Below are positions 1 through 8,890 of a stretch of 64,000 nucleotides of DNA, piece by piece. Origin of the DNA: Candidatus Aminicenantes bacterium (GTDB taxonomy: Bacteria > Acidobacteriota > Aminicenantia > Aminicenantales > Aminicenantaceae). Position 1 is the first letter of the stretch. Each line of letters begins with the position of its first letter. The stretch lies in the NCBI GenBank assembly GCA_050115915.1, contig JASFPP010000001.1, forward strand, positions 3,116-67,115, in the 5' to 3' direction. Position numbers and translations under genes: made by a program. The notes beneath the pieces were generated by a model. That model was given only the letters and a program-made list of their open reading frames with translations. It was not told the DNA's origin and did no database searches.

Positions 1-672
1 GATCTGCTGGAGGCCCAATACATTGATATTCGCCATAGACCTTGCTGACAGCCTTTGCACTGGCCAGATATCGAGTACGATCCGAGACTCATCATCATAT
101 TCGATCGACCTGTACGCGTAATTTCCGTCAATACCGATCTTGACCTGGAGTTTGCCGTCGGCTCTTCCGTATACGATTGATTTGAGATGTGTCTCGGGCT
201 GGGGTGTCGGGGGGATCGTTTCTTCGGGAACATCCTCCTTTAAAAGAACTGGGGGTTGGGCTGTCGTCCTTTGCTGGGGACGGAAAATCACTTTGATTCC
301 AGTCTCCACCTGGATGATCTCATAGGAGGGGATCGCCTCCGCCAAGTCGAATACAACTCTCGCAGTTTGGGGCTGGAAACGGCCCACACGGATCGCTTTA
401 ACGTTAAACGCATCAACTTCCTGGGATTCACCTGCCAGGATATCTCCGACGGGTGAGAATTCAACGACAAGCCGTGAAGGATCTCTCAACTCAAAATGTT
501 GATATCCAAATTCTCCATCCACTTCCAGTATCACCTCCAAAAATTCGGGGGATCTCCGGACTTCTACGCTTTTAAAAACAGCCAGGTTTTCTTGGGATGT
601 ATCTGGCCATGTTACAGGTGCCATTACCAGAATGAGAACCCACACTAGGATTATATTTCTCGCTTTAATCAA
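1..672 (-). CDS. AMIN-domain envelope protein, N-terminal part (3' end lies outside the window); likely amidase- or secretin-associated
   Basis: My own translation of the minus strand is open from 672 to base 1 with no stop. It is absent from the ORF track because it runs off the edge. TTG at 672-670 overlaps the upstream stop (TTGA); an alternative ATG is at 624. The N-terminus IKARNIILVWVLILVMAP looks like a signal peptide or anchor. Two AMIN-like beta modules (LEVILEVDG..RLVVEFSPV..ARVVFDLAEA and KLQVKIGIDG..RIVLDIWPV) are separated by a Pro-rich linker. Confidence 0.6.
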   Translation of the reverse strand, partial: MIKARNIILVWVLILVMAPVTWPDTSQENLAVFKSVEVRRSPEFLEVILEVDGEFGYQHFELRDPSRLVVEFSPVGDILAGESQEVDAFNVKAIRVGRFQPQTARVVFDLAEAIPSYEIIQVETGIKVIFRPQQRTTAQPPVLLKEDVPEETIPPTPQPETHLKSIVYGRADGKLQVKIGIDGNYAYRSIEYDDESRIVLDIWPVQRLSARSMANINVLGLQQI

Positions 673-2798
673 TGTTCTCTACCTCCTTGAGATGTATCTT
701 GACCTGTGTTTGAAGGGGGGCCTTCAACGCCGTCTTTTCGAACCATTGTTACAGTATATTTATAGTTTAACGAATATTCAATATTTATGTCTAAATATTG
801 CCGATCGAAATTGTCGAAATTTGGAAAGCTAATGACACCTGGGGCGAATACCTCTGGAACTTTGAGGAGAAGTGTTTTTATCACTTTGAACAAGGAAGAA
901 CTGCTGCCGGCCTTTTTACGATAAATCCTGTAGGTTCTGAATTCGGATCTATCCTGTATCTTGTGTGAGTCCCGCCAAGTGAGGTTGTTGGCTTCTCTCA
1001 CAGAATCCCCGACTTGATCGTGAAGGCGGACAACCCAGAGTCCCTCAGCCGGGAATGGAATTCTGTGGATCTCCTCCGACCAGGATCTTGCCATGACCTG
1101 ATAGCCCTTTTGGTTAGGGTGAACCTTGTCGGTGGAGAGAAGCGATCTCCAGCCCCCATCATTTTGGGGCCAGTCAAAGTAGATATCGAACATATCGACA
1201 TAAGCGACTTTAATCCGCGTCGCCAGATTCCTGATCTTATCATTCAGATCAAAGATTCTTTGTTTGTAAAAAGCATTATCCCATCTGTGATCCTTCCTGG
1301 GGATGATCGTTGAGAGAACGGGGAAGACTTTTCTACCCCGGCATATCCGGAGCATTTGCTCAAGGTTATAAGCTGTTGTATTCATGGAGATATGATTAAA
1401 TATCACATCGTTCGTTCCCTCCATGAGAAGAAGATATCTGACCTGATGCTTATCGAGAACAGCGGGCATTCTTGCCAGTCCCTGATGGGTTAACTCGCCC
1501 GGCCAGCCTTCATTTAAGACAAAAGTAGGACCATAAGATGTCCAGAGAAGGGATTCCAATCGGGGGATGTATCCGAGCTCAGGAGTGTATTGGTAGTCCA
1601 TCATGCCGTAAGTGATGCTGTCACCGAAGCCAATGTACTTACTCTCATCCAGAACGGCCTGTTGTCTGGTCTTGATCCCGGTTTCATCGGATCGGAAATC
1701 GTTTTTTTGAAGGAGTTCTGCGAGCCGCATAACCTGTGAATGTATCTGCAGGCCTTCTTGCCACGTGAGGCCGATCTTGTCTCCTTGGATCGTGATCCTG
1801 GGAGATCCTGCGAGTTGTGTCTTCCCGGAATAAAGGAGGATCTCTTGACTCCAAGTGCCTTCTCGTTGATACCGGCAGGAGAGGAAGTTTTGACTTCCGC
1901 TTGATTGGCTCCAGACGACGACAGGAATTCCGCCCGATACAAAAGACAGGCTGGGATGGACATCCGTGTCTGTATTGTCGGTTATGCGTTCCTGTTCCGA
2001 CCAAGTATGGCCGTTCCAGACGGAATAAAAGATCTCATAATCGTGGCCATCATGCGAACACCATGTGACCCACGGGAGTCCGTTCGCATCCAGGTCGGCA
2101 TCAGGGAGGATATGAGGAGCATCACTTGTTCTGTTGATCTGGAAGGGGGTTGACCAAAGGTTCCCATCCCAGTAGACGGAGAGAATTTTGTCCTTGCCGT
2201 TGACATTGCCAGACCAAAAGATCCAAATTTTCCCCGTGGCATCTGCTAAGATTTTTGGCTGGTAAACACCATCGAAGGAAGGGGAATTGACGAGCCACGA
2301 TGACTCTGTCTTCATCTCTTTGACCAGAAGCTGAAATTGTCCCTCTGTGTAACGAACCCAGGTCAACCATGCAATATTTGAGAGGTCAAAGCAAAAATCC
2401 GGCGCAAAGTGGTAGCCTTTTGGGGGGCTAATGATCATCGGAGATAGACCGGATTTCCCATCCAACCTTGAAAAGAGAATAGCATTATCGTTATCTGCCC
2501 CCTCCTCCCAGATGGCCCAGGTCATTCCTTGACGGTCCATTTTAGTCACGGGGGCCGAAACGCTTGTGCTTGAGAAAATTTCCTCGACCGTGTATTCCCC
2601 GGAGCTGGAATTCTGCCAGGCTTTACTCAACCCGCCTCGCTGATTTTTAAAGAAAAATACCAAATCCCCCGATTTATATATGACAGGCGAGGCCGATTCC
2701 CCCTTTATCCGATGTGTCTCAGGAGTTGTCCCTCGAAGCAGAAAAGGAGGGATGGTCGTCAACAGTACGAGCAACAGAAAATATTGTGTTTTCTTCAT
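669..2798 (-). CDS. Secreted multidomain SGNH/GDSL-family hydrolase (Trp-rich beta-propeller-like N-terminal repeats, SGNH esterase core, Ig/Fn3-like C-terminal tail)
   Basis: 709-aa ORF with signal peptide MKKTQYFLLLVLLTTIPPFLL. SGNH block I is GFGDSITYG and block V is DKVHPNQKGY. About 9 repeats contain conserved Trp (TWAIW, WLTWV, IWIFW, PWVTW, VVVWS, GLTW). Confidence 0.85.
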   Translation of the reverse strand: MKKTQYFLLLVLLTTIPPFLLRGTTPETHRIKGESASPVIYKSGDLVFFFKNQRGGLSKAWQNSSSGEYTVEEIFSSTSVSAPVTKMDRQGMTWAIWEEGADNDNAILFSRLDGKSGLSPMIISPPKGYHFAPDFCFDLSNIAWLTWVRYTEGQFQLLVKEMKTESSWLVNSPSFDGVYQPKILADATGKIWIFWSGNVNGKDKILSVYWDGNLWSTPFQINRTSDAPHILPDADLDANGLPWVTWCSHDGHDYEIFYSVWNGHTWSEQERITDNTDTDVHPSLSFVSGGIPVVVWSQSSGSQNFLSCRYQREGTWSQEILLYSGKTQLAGSPRITIQGDKIGLTWQEGLQIHSQVMRLAELLQKNDFRSDETGIKTRQQAVLDESKYIGFGDSITYGMMDYQYTPELGYIPRLESLLWTSYGPTFVLNEGWPGELTHQGLARMPAVLDKHQVRYLLLMEGTNDVIFNHISMNTTAYNLEQMLRICRGRKVFPVLSTIIPRKDHRWDNAFYKQRIFDLNDKIRNLATRIKVAYVDMFDIYFDWPQNDGGWRSLLSTDKVHPNQKGYQVMARSWSEEIHRIPFPAEGLWVVRLHDQVGDSVREANNLTWRDSHKIQDRSEFRTYRIYRKKAGSSSSLFKVIKTLLLKVPEVFAPGVISFPNFDNFDRQYLDINIEYSLNYKYTVTMVRKDGVEGPPSNTGQDTSQGGREH

Positions 2799-2810
2799 GT
2801 TAAACTACAA

Positions 2811-2819
2811 TTTATACCA
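2811..2819 (-). promoter_or_regulatory. Extended -10-like box TGGTATAAA, 12 nt upstream of the SGNH hydrolase ATG
   Basis: The minus strand reads TGGTATAAATTGTAGTTTAACATG. The same TGGTATAAW box occurs at the equivalent position downstream of T1 copy B. Confidence 0.4.
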
Positions 2820-2867
2820 TAGCAAATCCCTAAAAGCAATCTGGCGCACGGGGCCGGGAGCATCCCG

Positions 2868-3084
2868 AAAACCTGATGCTTGCTGCCTGATTGATCCCAT
2901 TAGGGATTCGAAAACAAAATTCCTTCTGGTTTCCCCTGCGAGGAAAATTCGTTCGGACGCGGGCGCTTTCCTCACATTTCCCATTGGGAGATGTCTCCTG
3001 CCCCATAAGCTCTTTTCACGGTTTTCTCCACCACACAATGGGCCCCCCTATTAGTGCAACAAGAATTCATGTCGTCACGGTTTT
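2868..3084 (-). repeat. T1 structured intergenic repeat, copy A (about 217 bp), oriented toward the SGNH hydrolase gene
   Basis: The reverse complement aligns along its length with copy B. It shares the identical 22-mer ATTGTGTGGTGGAGAAAACCGT (plus-strand 3018-3039 as reverse complement) and the blocks ACATCTCCC-N3-GGGAAATGTGAGG, TTTTCCTCGCAGGGGAAA and GTTTTCGAATCC. The termini are inverted (AAAACCGTGACGACATGAATTC ... AAGCATCAGGTTTT). Confidence 0.75.
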
Positions 3085-3139
3085 AGGATCCTAGCCATCG
3101 GGGAATAGGGGGTGTTATCGAAAGGAGCGAGGAAGAAGA

Positions 3140-4117
3140 TCAAGGCATCCTTTTAAAGATAAATTTCCAGAGATATTCTTTGGGGATTCCGAAAATTTTA
3201 TCCCTCCAGACACGGTCGCATTGACTGCAGGTTTTTAGATCATCGATGTCTTGTGCGAGCGCTTTTTTCCGCAGGCGCTGCATTTTGTCGTTATTCCAGA
3301 TCTCTCGGATGAGGGTATCTTTGACGTTTCCTAAAACGTAATAGCCAAAGAAGTCCTGCGTACACGGGAGCACAGCACCGTCCCAGAAAATGATCAGAGC
3401 GTGCCAGAGAAAAGTGCATGGAGAATAATTTTTGCGGTTTCTCTGACCCTCCACTTCCCCTGCCCAGTTGTGAAATTCTTTGATCTCCAGCCGGTTTAGC
3501 GGGAGTCCCTTGAATGTGTTAGTAAAATCTTTCCTTTGGCTTTTGTTGGCGCGGATCCGGTGCTCCGGGAAGTTTATCAGTTCTAAAATGGTGAAGGGTT
3601 TTTTGCTCTTTAATTCTTTCTTAATTTCCAAAAACCGCACGATATTTCCAACGGTTTTATTAAAATCTCCGTTGATCCGGATGCTTTCATAGGTGTCTTT
3701 ATCATACCCATCGAAGGAAAACGAGAATTGATCGATTCCGGATTCGATGAGCTTGTACGCTTTATCCTCATCCAGGAGTGTCCCGTTCGTGTGGAACTTG
3801 ACGATCAGTTTTTTATCGTGGGCGTACCTGGCCATTTTGAAAAAATCCGGATGGAGAAGCGATTCGCCTCGGTGAAGAAGATGCACATCTGCTGCAAATG
3901 CGGACACCTCGTCGATGATCTTCTTGAAAAGGTCGAACTCCATGAATCCCTTATCCTCTTTTTTGAGATCCTTGTTCGGACACATCACGCATTTTAGATT
4001 ACAGTGATTTGTCGGTTCTATCCACAGACGCACGGGCATCTGTTTCAGCACCACCTTCTGTCTTTTATAACTGATAAAAAGCCCTAGCAACCTGTTGTAG
4101 TATTCAAACTTATTCAT
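3140..4117 (-). CDS. Radical SAM enzyme with C-terminal SPASM/twitch-type auxiliary cluster domain
   Basis: 325 aa. CxxxCxxC motif in EPTNHCNLKCVMCPN. C-terminal Cys set CTFLW..LPCTQDFF..CSQCD. Confidence 0.85.
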   Translation of the reverse strand: MNKFEYYNRLLGLFISYKRQKVVLKQMPVRLWIEPTNHCNLKCVMCPNKDLKKEDKGFMEFDLFKKIIDEVSAFAADVHLLHRGESLLHPDFFKMARYAHDKKLIVKFHTNGTLLDEDKAYKLIESGIDQFSFSFDGYDKDTYESIRINGDFNKTVGNIVRFLEIKKELKSKKPFTILELINFPEHRIRANKSQRKDFTNTFKGLPLNRLEIKEFHNWAGEVEGQRNRKNYSPCTFLWHALIIFWDGAVLPCTQDFFGYYVLGNVKDTLIREIWNNDKMQRLRKKALAQDIDDLKTCSQCDRVWRDKIFGIPKEYLWKFIFKRMP

Positions 4118-4150
4118 TCGATTAGAGTTCTTATAGCATTATTGCTGGTA

Positions 4151-4969
4151 TCAATCAATAGGGGATGATGAAGCCATGAGTGTTTCGAACAGGGAATGAA
4201 AACCTTTTATGGAAAGCTGTTCAGGCCTTATCTTTTTTTCGATGTCAAGATTTTGAAAAACAGTATCCAGATGGTCGCGATGATAGCCGCCCATGATCAG
4301 ATTATTGAAGAGCGTTTTTCTGCGGCTCTGAAACGAAGTCTTTAAAAAGCGCCGGAATTTATCCTCGTCTGTGAGTTCATAAAGAGGCTTTTCTCTTTTC
4401 TTCAGGGAAAGAAGAGCGGACATGACCTTGGGTGGCGGACTGAATGACTGGGGGCCGATCCGCGCGCGGATGTGCGTCTCGAATTCGTTCTGGAAGAGGA
4501 TCGAGATGGGGGCGAATTTTTTGGATCCTGGGGCTGCGCAGATCCTCTCGGCGACTTCCAATTGAAGGAGAAATACGCAGAACGAGAGGAGCTCTTTGTG
4601 TTCGTAGATCTTGAAAAGAATGGGTGACGATATGGAGTAGGGAAGATTTCCGACGATTTTTGGCTTATCCTGAAGAGGTTTTTTTTCGCTGATCAGGCTT
4701 TTGAAATCGACTTTGAGGAAATCTCCTTCGCGAATGGACAGATTGGGGATTTTTTTCTCTTTGAGTAGAAAAGCCAGCGCTCTGTCCTTTTCGATGGCGA
4801 CAACCTCTCCTGCCCATTCGGTTAACGGGATGGTCAAGGCTCCTTTCCCTGGTCCGATTTCTATAATGACATCTTCGTTCTGGGGAGAGATGCAGGCGAT
4901 GATTTTTTTCAGGACATGCGGATTTTTAAGAAAATGTTGGCCCAGTATTTTTGTCTTTCTGTGAGTCAT
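4151..4969 (-). CDS. rsmA: 16S rRNA (adenine1518/adenine1519-N6)-dimethyltransferase
   Basis: 272 aa. KILGQHFL signature near the N-terminus and the SAM-binding loop EIGPGKGALT are typical of KsgA/RsmA. Confidence 0.9.
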   Translation of the reverse strand: MTHRKTKILGQHFLKNPHVLKKIIACISPQNEDVIIEIGPGKGALTIPLTEWAGEVVAIEKDRALAFLLKEKKIPNLSIREGDFLKVDFKSLISEKKPLQDKPKIVGNLPYSISSPILFKIYEHKELLSFCVFLLQLEVAERICAAPGSKKFAPISILFQNEFETHIRARIGPQSFSPPPKVMSALLSLKKREKPLYELTDEDKFRRFLKTSFQSRRKTLFNNLIMGGYHRDHLDTVFQNLDIEKKIRPEQLSIKGFHSLFETLMASSSPID

Positions 4970-5161
4970 GTCACATGAGTGGATAAGCCTAAATTCGCGA
5001 TCTTCTTCCGGATCTCTTTCTCTATGATTACTTTTTATTCTAACGTATCAAAGATTTCTCTATGGAGCAACTTACTATCCATTTCAATCTTCTGTCCCAT
5101 GGAAATTTTAACATATCTTCCGTATCGATTTCAGGGGAAAAGTACGCAGAAATCTCCATAC

Positions 5162-5189
5162 TTGACAATATATATAAAATTTATATAAT
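5162..5189 (+). promoter_or_regulatory. Sigma70-type promoter TTGACA-N16-TATAAT upstream of the cysteine desulfurase gene
   Basis: TTGACA at 5162-5167 and TATAAT at 5184-5189, about 30 nt upstream of the ATG at 5220. The surrounding spacer is AT-rich. Confidence 0.5.
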
Positions 5190-5219
5190 AAATAGACTAA
5201 AAGGCGAAAAACAGTCGAT

Positions 5220-6443
5220 ATGTCTATTGATACCGATAAAATAAGAGAAGATTTTCCTGCGTTGCAAAAATCTTATAATTCGAAGCCCATCATCTATCTC
5301 GATAATGCCTGTATGACTTTAAAGCCAAAGCAGGTCACGGATGCCGTTGTCGATTACTACCATAATTTTCCAGGATGTCACGGAAGAACGAACCACCATT
5401 TTGGTGTGGAAACCACAAAAAAGATCGAGGATTCCCGCCAGAAAATACAGAGATTTTTCAACGCCTCATCCAAGGAAGAAATCGTTTTTCTGCGCAACAG
5501 CACCGAGGGCCTCAACCTCCTCGCCAACACGATCGATTTCAAGCCGGGCGATATTGTCGTGTCCTCTGATATCGAGCACAATTCCAACCTGAGACCCTGG
5601 CAGATCATGGAGCGGAAGAAAAATATCAGCCGGGTCATCATCCCGACTCATGAAGACACCATCTTCGACCTCGAAAAATACAAGGAGATAATGTCCTCCC
5701 GGGTGAAGCTGGTCACAGTGCTTGCCACTTCGAACTTGACCGGCGTGTCCTTCCCTCTGGAGGAAATTATTCAGCACGCCCATAAACATAGAGCCCTGGT
5801 TTGTGTTGACGCCGCGCAAAGCAGCCTTTACCAGCCTATAGATGTTCAAAGGATGGATATCGATTTTATGGTCGCCTCCATCCACAAGATGTGGGGGCCC
5901 ACAGGAGTGGGGATCCTGTACGGTAAAAAACAGCTTCTGAATGAGCTCCCTCAGTTTCTGGCAGGCGGAGAGACCGTCGAAGACACGACCTACACCGGTG
6001 CAACTCTTGCACGGCTTCCCGACAAGTTCGAAGCCGGACTTCAGAATTACGCGGGAATCATCGGTGCTGGCGCTACGATCGATTACATCAGACAGATTGG
6101 CCAGAAGAACATCCACGCACACTTACTCGATCTGAATTTCTACGCCACGTCTCAACTTTCTACCATCGATGGCATAAGCTTTATCGGTCCTGAGAATCCC
6201 GGGCTTCGTTCCGGCATTGTGAACCTCCTTGTCGATGGGATCAGCACTGGCGATGTGTCCCGAATCCTGAATGAATCGGAAAATATCATGACACGCTTCG
6301 GGAAACATTGTGTCCATTCCTGGTATAACAGCCGGAAGGTTCCTGAATCACTGAGAATATCCTTCAGCGCTTACAACACCTTTGAGGAGATCGATGTTAT
6401 GACAAATTCCATCAAAAGCATCCTGAAATTCTTCAGGCATTAA
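5220..6443 (+). CDS. sufS: Cysteine desulfurase, class V aminotransferase (SufS/CsdA-like)
   Basis: 407 aa. N-terminal IYLDNACMTLKP, PLP-lysine motif SIHKMWGPTGVGILYG and active-site Cys loop RFGKHCVHS. Confidence 0.85.
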   Translation: MSIDTDKIREDFPALQKSYNSKPIIYLDNACMTLKPKQVTDAVVDYYHNFPGCHGRTNHHFGVETTKKIEDSRQKIQRFFNASSKEEIVFLRNSTEGLNLLANTIDFKPGDIVVSSDIEHNSNLRPWQIMERKKNISRVIIPTHEDTIFDLEKYKEIMSSRVKLVTVLATSNLTGVSFPLEEIIQHAHKHRALVCVDAAQSSLYQPIDVQRMDIDFMVASIHKMWGPTGVGILYGKKQLLNELPQFLAGGETVEDTTYTGATLARLPDKFEAGLQNYAGIIGAGATIDYIRQIGQKNIHAHLLDLNFYATSQLSTIDGISFIGPENPGLRSGIVNLLVDGISTGDVSRILNESENIMTRFGKHCVHSWYNSRKVPESLRISFSAYNTFEEIDVMTNSIKSILKFFRH

Positions 6444-6459
6444 AGGAGACAAAGCGACT

Positions 6460-6837
6460 ATGGCCTGCTGTGCACTTAAAAAACAAAAAAAGCAACTCAT
6501 GATTCTTCCTGTTTTTCTTTTTTTTCTGAGTGTGATGTTCGGTGGCTCGCTCATCCTGTGCCTATCCCTGGGTGGTGTGTTTTCTCGCAATCTTGCCGGG
6601 AAAAGGGACAAAGCTCAAGGCTTGCTCAAAGAGCTCCTCAGAGGTCTGAAGACAAAAATTTTGAACCAGCCCTTTCTGTTCGATTCCAGCGTCCGCTGCA
6701 AGATCAGCGGAAGGATGATGCGCCGCTCCACTCTGTTGGCCGGAGCCGTCTACCGATATTTCAACTTGATCGTTCTGGCTGTTCTCCTGCTTTCTGTTCT
6801 CAGCTTAGTCCAAGGCGCAAGAGCTCTGGGAATCTAA
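6460..6837 (+). CDS. Hypothetical small membrane protein (two predicted TM segments)
   Basis: 125-aa ORF between sufS and the PP-loop gene. AAGGAG lies about 11 nt upstream. Hydrophobic stretches are ILPVFLFFLSVMFGGSLILCLSLGGVF and YFNLIVLAVLLLSVLSLV. I recognise no family. Confidence 0.35.
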   Translation: MACCALKKQKKQLMILPVFLFFLSVMFGGSLILCLSLGGVFSRNLAGKRDKAQGLLKELLRGLKTKILNQPFLFDSSVRCKISGRMMRRSTLLAGAVYRYFNLIVLAVLLLSVLSLVQGARALGI

Positions 6838-6888
6838 AATCGTGTTTTCGACAAGAAATCTGTTATACTGTTCCTTTTGGAGTCACCA

Positions 6889-7698
6889 ATGAAAAAAGAG
6901 ATCATCGTCGAGTTTTCCGGAGGTATCGACTCTCTCTATGCCGCCCATTTCCTGGCACGGCAGTACGAAAAGGTCCACCTTCTGACCTTCTATAAAGGCT
7001 ATTTGCATTTTGCTTTGAAAGCCAGCCGCCCCAATGTTGACCTGTTGAAAAAACTGCATGGCGAGGACAGAATCGTCTATAAGATCATCAATATTCGAGA
7101 TATATTTAGAGAGATGGCCGTTAAAAGCTACAAGGAAACCAGCAAGAATTACGGGAACGAAGTCGCCTGGTGTATCCCCTGCCGGGCATCGATGGCCATC
7201 GGCAGCATCATTTACGCCCTTGAGAACGAGATCTCTGAATTTACGGATGGTGCCAACTGGGAACAGGCGCCCGACGGAGAAAAACTCCTTGTGACTGCTG
7301 ACAATTATCCGGAGTTCTTGGAATCCGTCAAAAGTTTCGCGGAGGAATACAGCGTCCGTTACCTCCCTATACTCTACGACCTGAACACTCGGGAGGAACG
7401 GAGGGACGAACTCCTGAAGCTGGGTGCCAAAATTGACTTCAACAGTATGGACAGGAAGAAAAAGTCCGTCCTGGATGTGTTCGACCGTGATTTTTACAGC
7501 AGAGTCCAGCCCATCTGCCTGTCCGGTTACCTCGTCCATTGGAAGAGAAATTTCTTCAACGTCAAGGAAGATGTCACGCCCGAAAAGGTGGTGGAATCCA
7601 TCAAACCTAAACTCGATGGGGTGGGGAGAAAAATGATAGAGCTTTACTTTGAGAAAAAGAAGATCGATCTCCAAGACATCCTCAGCCACCGCAACTGA
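6889..7698 (+). CDS. PP-loop ATP pyrophosphatase family protein (adenine nucleotide alpha-hydrolase; probable sulfur/amide transferase)
   Basis: SGGxDS PP-loop in VEFSGGIDSLYAA and a Cys pair in WCIPCRASM. The ATG at 6889 is preceded by GGAG; the ORF track begins at TTG 6877. Confidence 0.75.
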   Translation: MKKEIIVEFSGGIDSLYAAHFLARQYEKVHLLTFYKGYLHFALKASRPNVDLLKKLHGEDRIVYKIINIRDIFREMAVKSYKETSKNYGNEVAWCIPCRASMAIGSIIYALENEISEFTDGANWEQAPDGEKLLVTADNYPEFLESVKSFAEEYSVRYLPILYDLNTREERRDELLKLGAKIDFNSMDRKKKSVLDVFDRDFYSRVQPICLSGYLVHWKRNFFNVKEDVTPEKVVESIKPKLDGVGRKMIELYFEKKKIDLQDILSHRN

Positions 7699-7831
7699 CC
7701 CTTTTCGTTTCGTAGATTTTCTTATTTTTCCAAAAGAACATCCGATTTCTTCTTTTCGCCAAAGGATAATCCGGTCTTGATGTCCAATTGAAGGGTGCGG
7801 CCCAATTGTTTACAATGGAGACGAGGTCAAA

Positions 7832-8797
7832 ATGAAAAAAAAGAGTGTATTTATTCTTATATGTTTGTATTCAGCTTTGCTGGTGTTCTGTCAGCCACAC
7901 AATGACAGCCAAGTGGCAGAACAGGTTGCGGGCAACTTCGAAGATTATATGCCCGAGATTGAATTCGAAGGAAAAATTGTTTTCCAGTCAGATATGGATG
8001 GCGACTATGAGATCTATCTCCTGACAAAGAATGGATTGGCAAAGCTGACGGATAACGATTGGAACGACGAAAATCCCAAGTGGTCTCCGGATGGGACAAA
8101 GATTGGGTTTACAGCAAATCCAGACGGGAAATATGAGATGTTCGTCATGGATAGCAATGGTCAAAATGTCGTCCAGCTCACGACAGACCTTCGCAATCCC
8201 ATCGGCCATGCCGGCCATAACTGGCATCCTGACGGAAAAAGGATCGCCTACACGGTCGAACGGAGGAGAGGATTCAGGAAGAGCCACAACATGAAAATAG
8301 TGGATATCCAGTCCAAAAAGATGGTCGCGCTGGCCCCTCAATTGAAGGGGAAGGCGGCGATTCCCGATTTTGCACCCTCAGAACCATTGCTGGGGATCAC
8401 TGCCAAGCGAACGATCGGCTGGGAAGTCGCTGTGTTCGATCTCCGCACTAAGGAACTTTCCATCCTTACAGAGGGAGGAGATAGCTGCCGCCCGCATTTT
8501 TCTTGGGATGGAAAACGCATCGCCTATGTCTCCTCAGAGGCCGATGGAAAGGGGGATATCTGGTTGATGAATCCGGACGGAAGCGATAAATCCCGGCTGA
8601 CCCAGAGAGATGAACACCATGATTATTTTCCTGCGTGGTCTCCCGATGACAGGTTCGTCGTCTTCAGCTCGACCCTCAAATATAACAAAAAATTAAAAGG
8701 GGATTGGGGGCTTTACTTGGTCCGGGTAGATAACAAGGAGATCACCCTGTTGCTGGATACTCCTGGGGGGGATCTATTTCCTGATTGGTACCGATGA
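7832..8797 (+). CDS. TolB-like periplasmic beta-propeller protein (WD40-like repeats)
   Basis: 321 aa with signal peptide MKKKSVFILICLYSALLVFC. Repeated PxWSPDG motifs (PKWSPDGTKIGF, HNWHPDGKRIAY, FSWDGKRIAYV, PAWSPDDRFVVF). Confidence 0.8.
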   Translation: MKKKSVFILICLYSALLVFCQPHNDSQVAEQVAGNFEDYMPEIEFEGKIVFQSDMDGDYEIYLLTKNGLAKLTDNDWNDENPKWSPDGTKIGFTANPDGKYEMFVMDSNGQNVVQLTTDLRNPIGHAGHNWHPDGKRIAYTVERRRGFRKSHNMKIVDIQSKKMVALAPQLKGKAAIPDFAPSEPLLGITAKRTIGWEVAVFDLRTKELSILTEGGDSCRPHFSWDGKRIAYVSSEADGKGDIWLMNPDGSDKSRLTQRDEHHDYFPAWSPDDRFVVFSSTLKYNKKLKGDWGLYLVRVDNKEITLLLDTPGGDLFPDWYR

Positions 8798-8890
8798 TCT
8801 CATATTCCCCTGATTTTACAGGATCTTCCAAAAAGGTTTTTTTGATCTTATCTTTTGCCTATTCGAGAGGTTTCGCTTCTGGATGAATGG

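Noticed and set aside
6883-7689. A 268-aa ORF lies exactly antisense to the PP-loop gene. Similar long antisense ORFs occur at 28534-29598, 11905-12825, 44534-45367, 58034-58768, 30215-30988, 27055-27720, 5466-6122, 17483-18130, 24759-25280, 32765-33328 and 10143-10670.
   Set aside because: Each one overlaps a gene whose frame carries unmistakable family motifs (PP-loop, ATP synthase b/alpha/beta, AsnB, Mfd, FprA, FolC, SufS, GT-C, GT2, GT9). The antisense products are low-complexity, lack motifs and lack Shine-Dalgarno sequences. They are shadow ORFs of the kind expected in sequence with a moderate stop-codon density.
8798-8890. An A-tract/T-tract hairpin (CAAAAAGGTTTTTTTG) in the convergent spacer after the TolB-like gene could be a bidirectional terminator.
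   Set aside because: The stem is made only of A-T pairs with a 2-3 nt loop. It is too weak to call.
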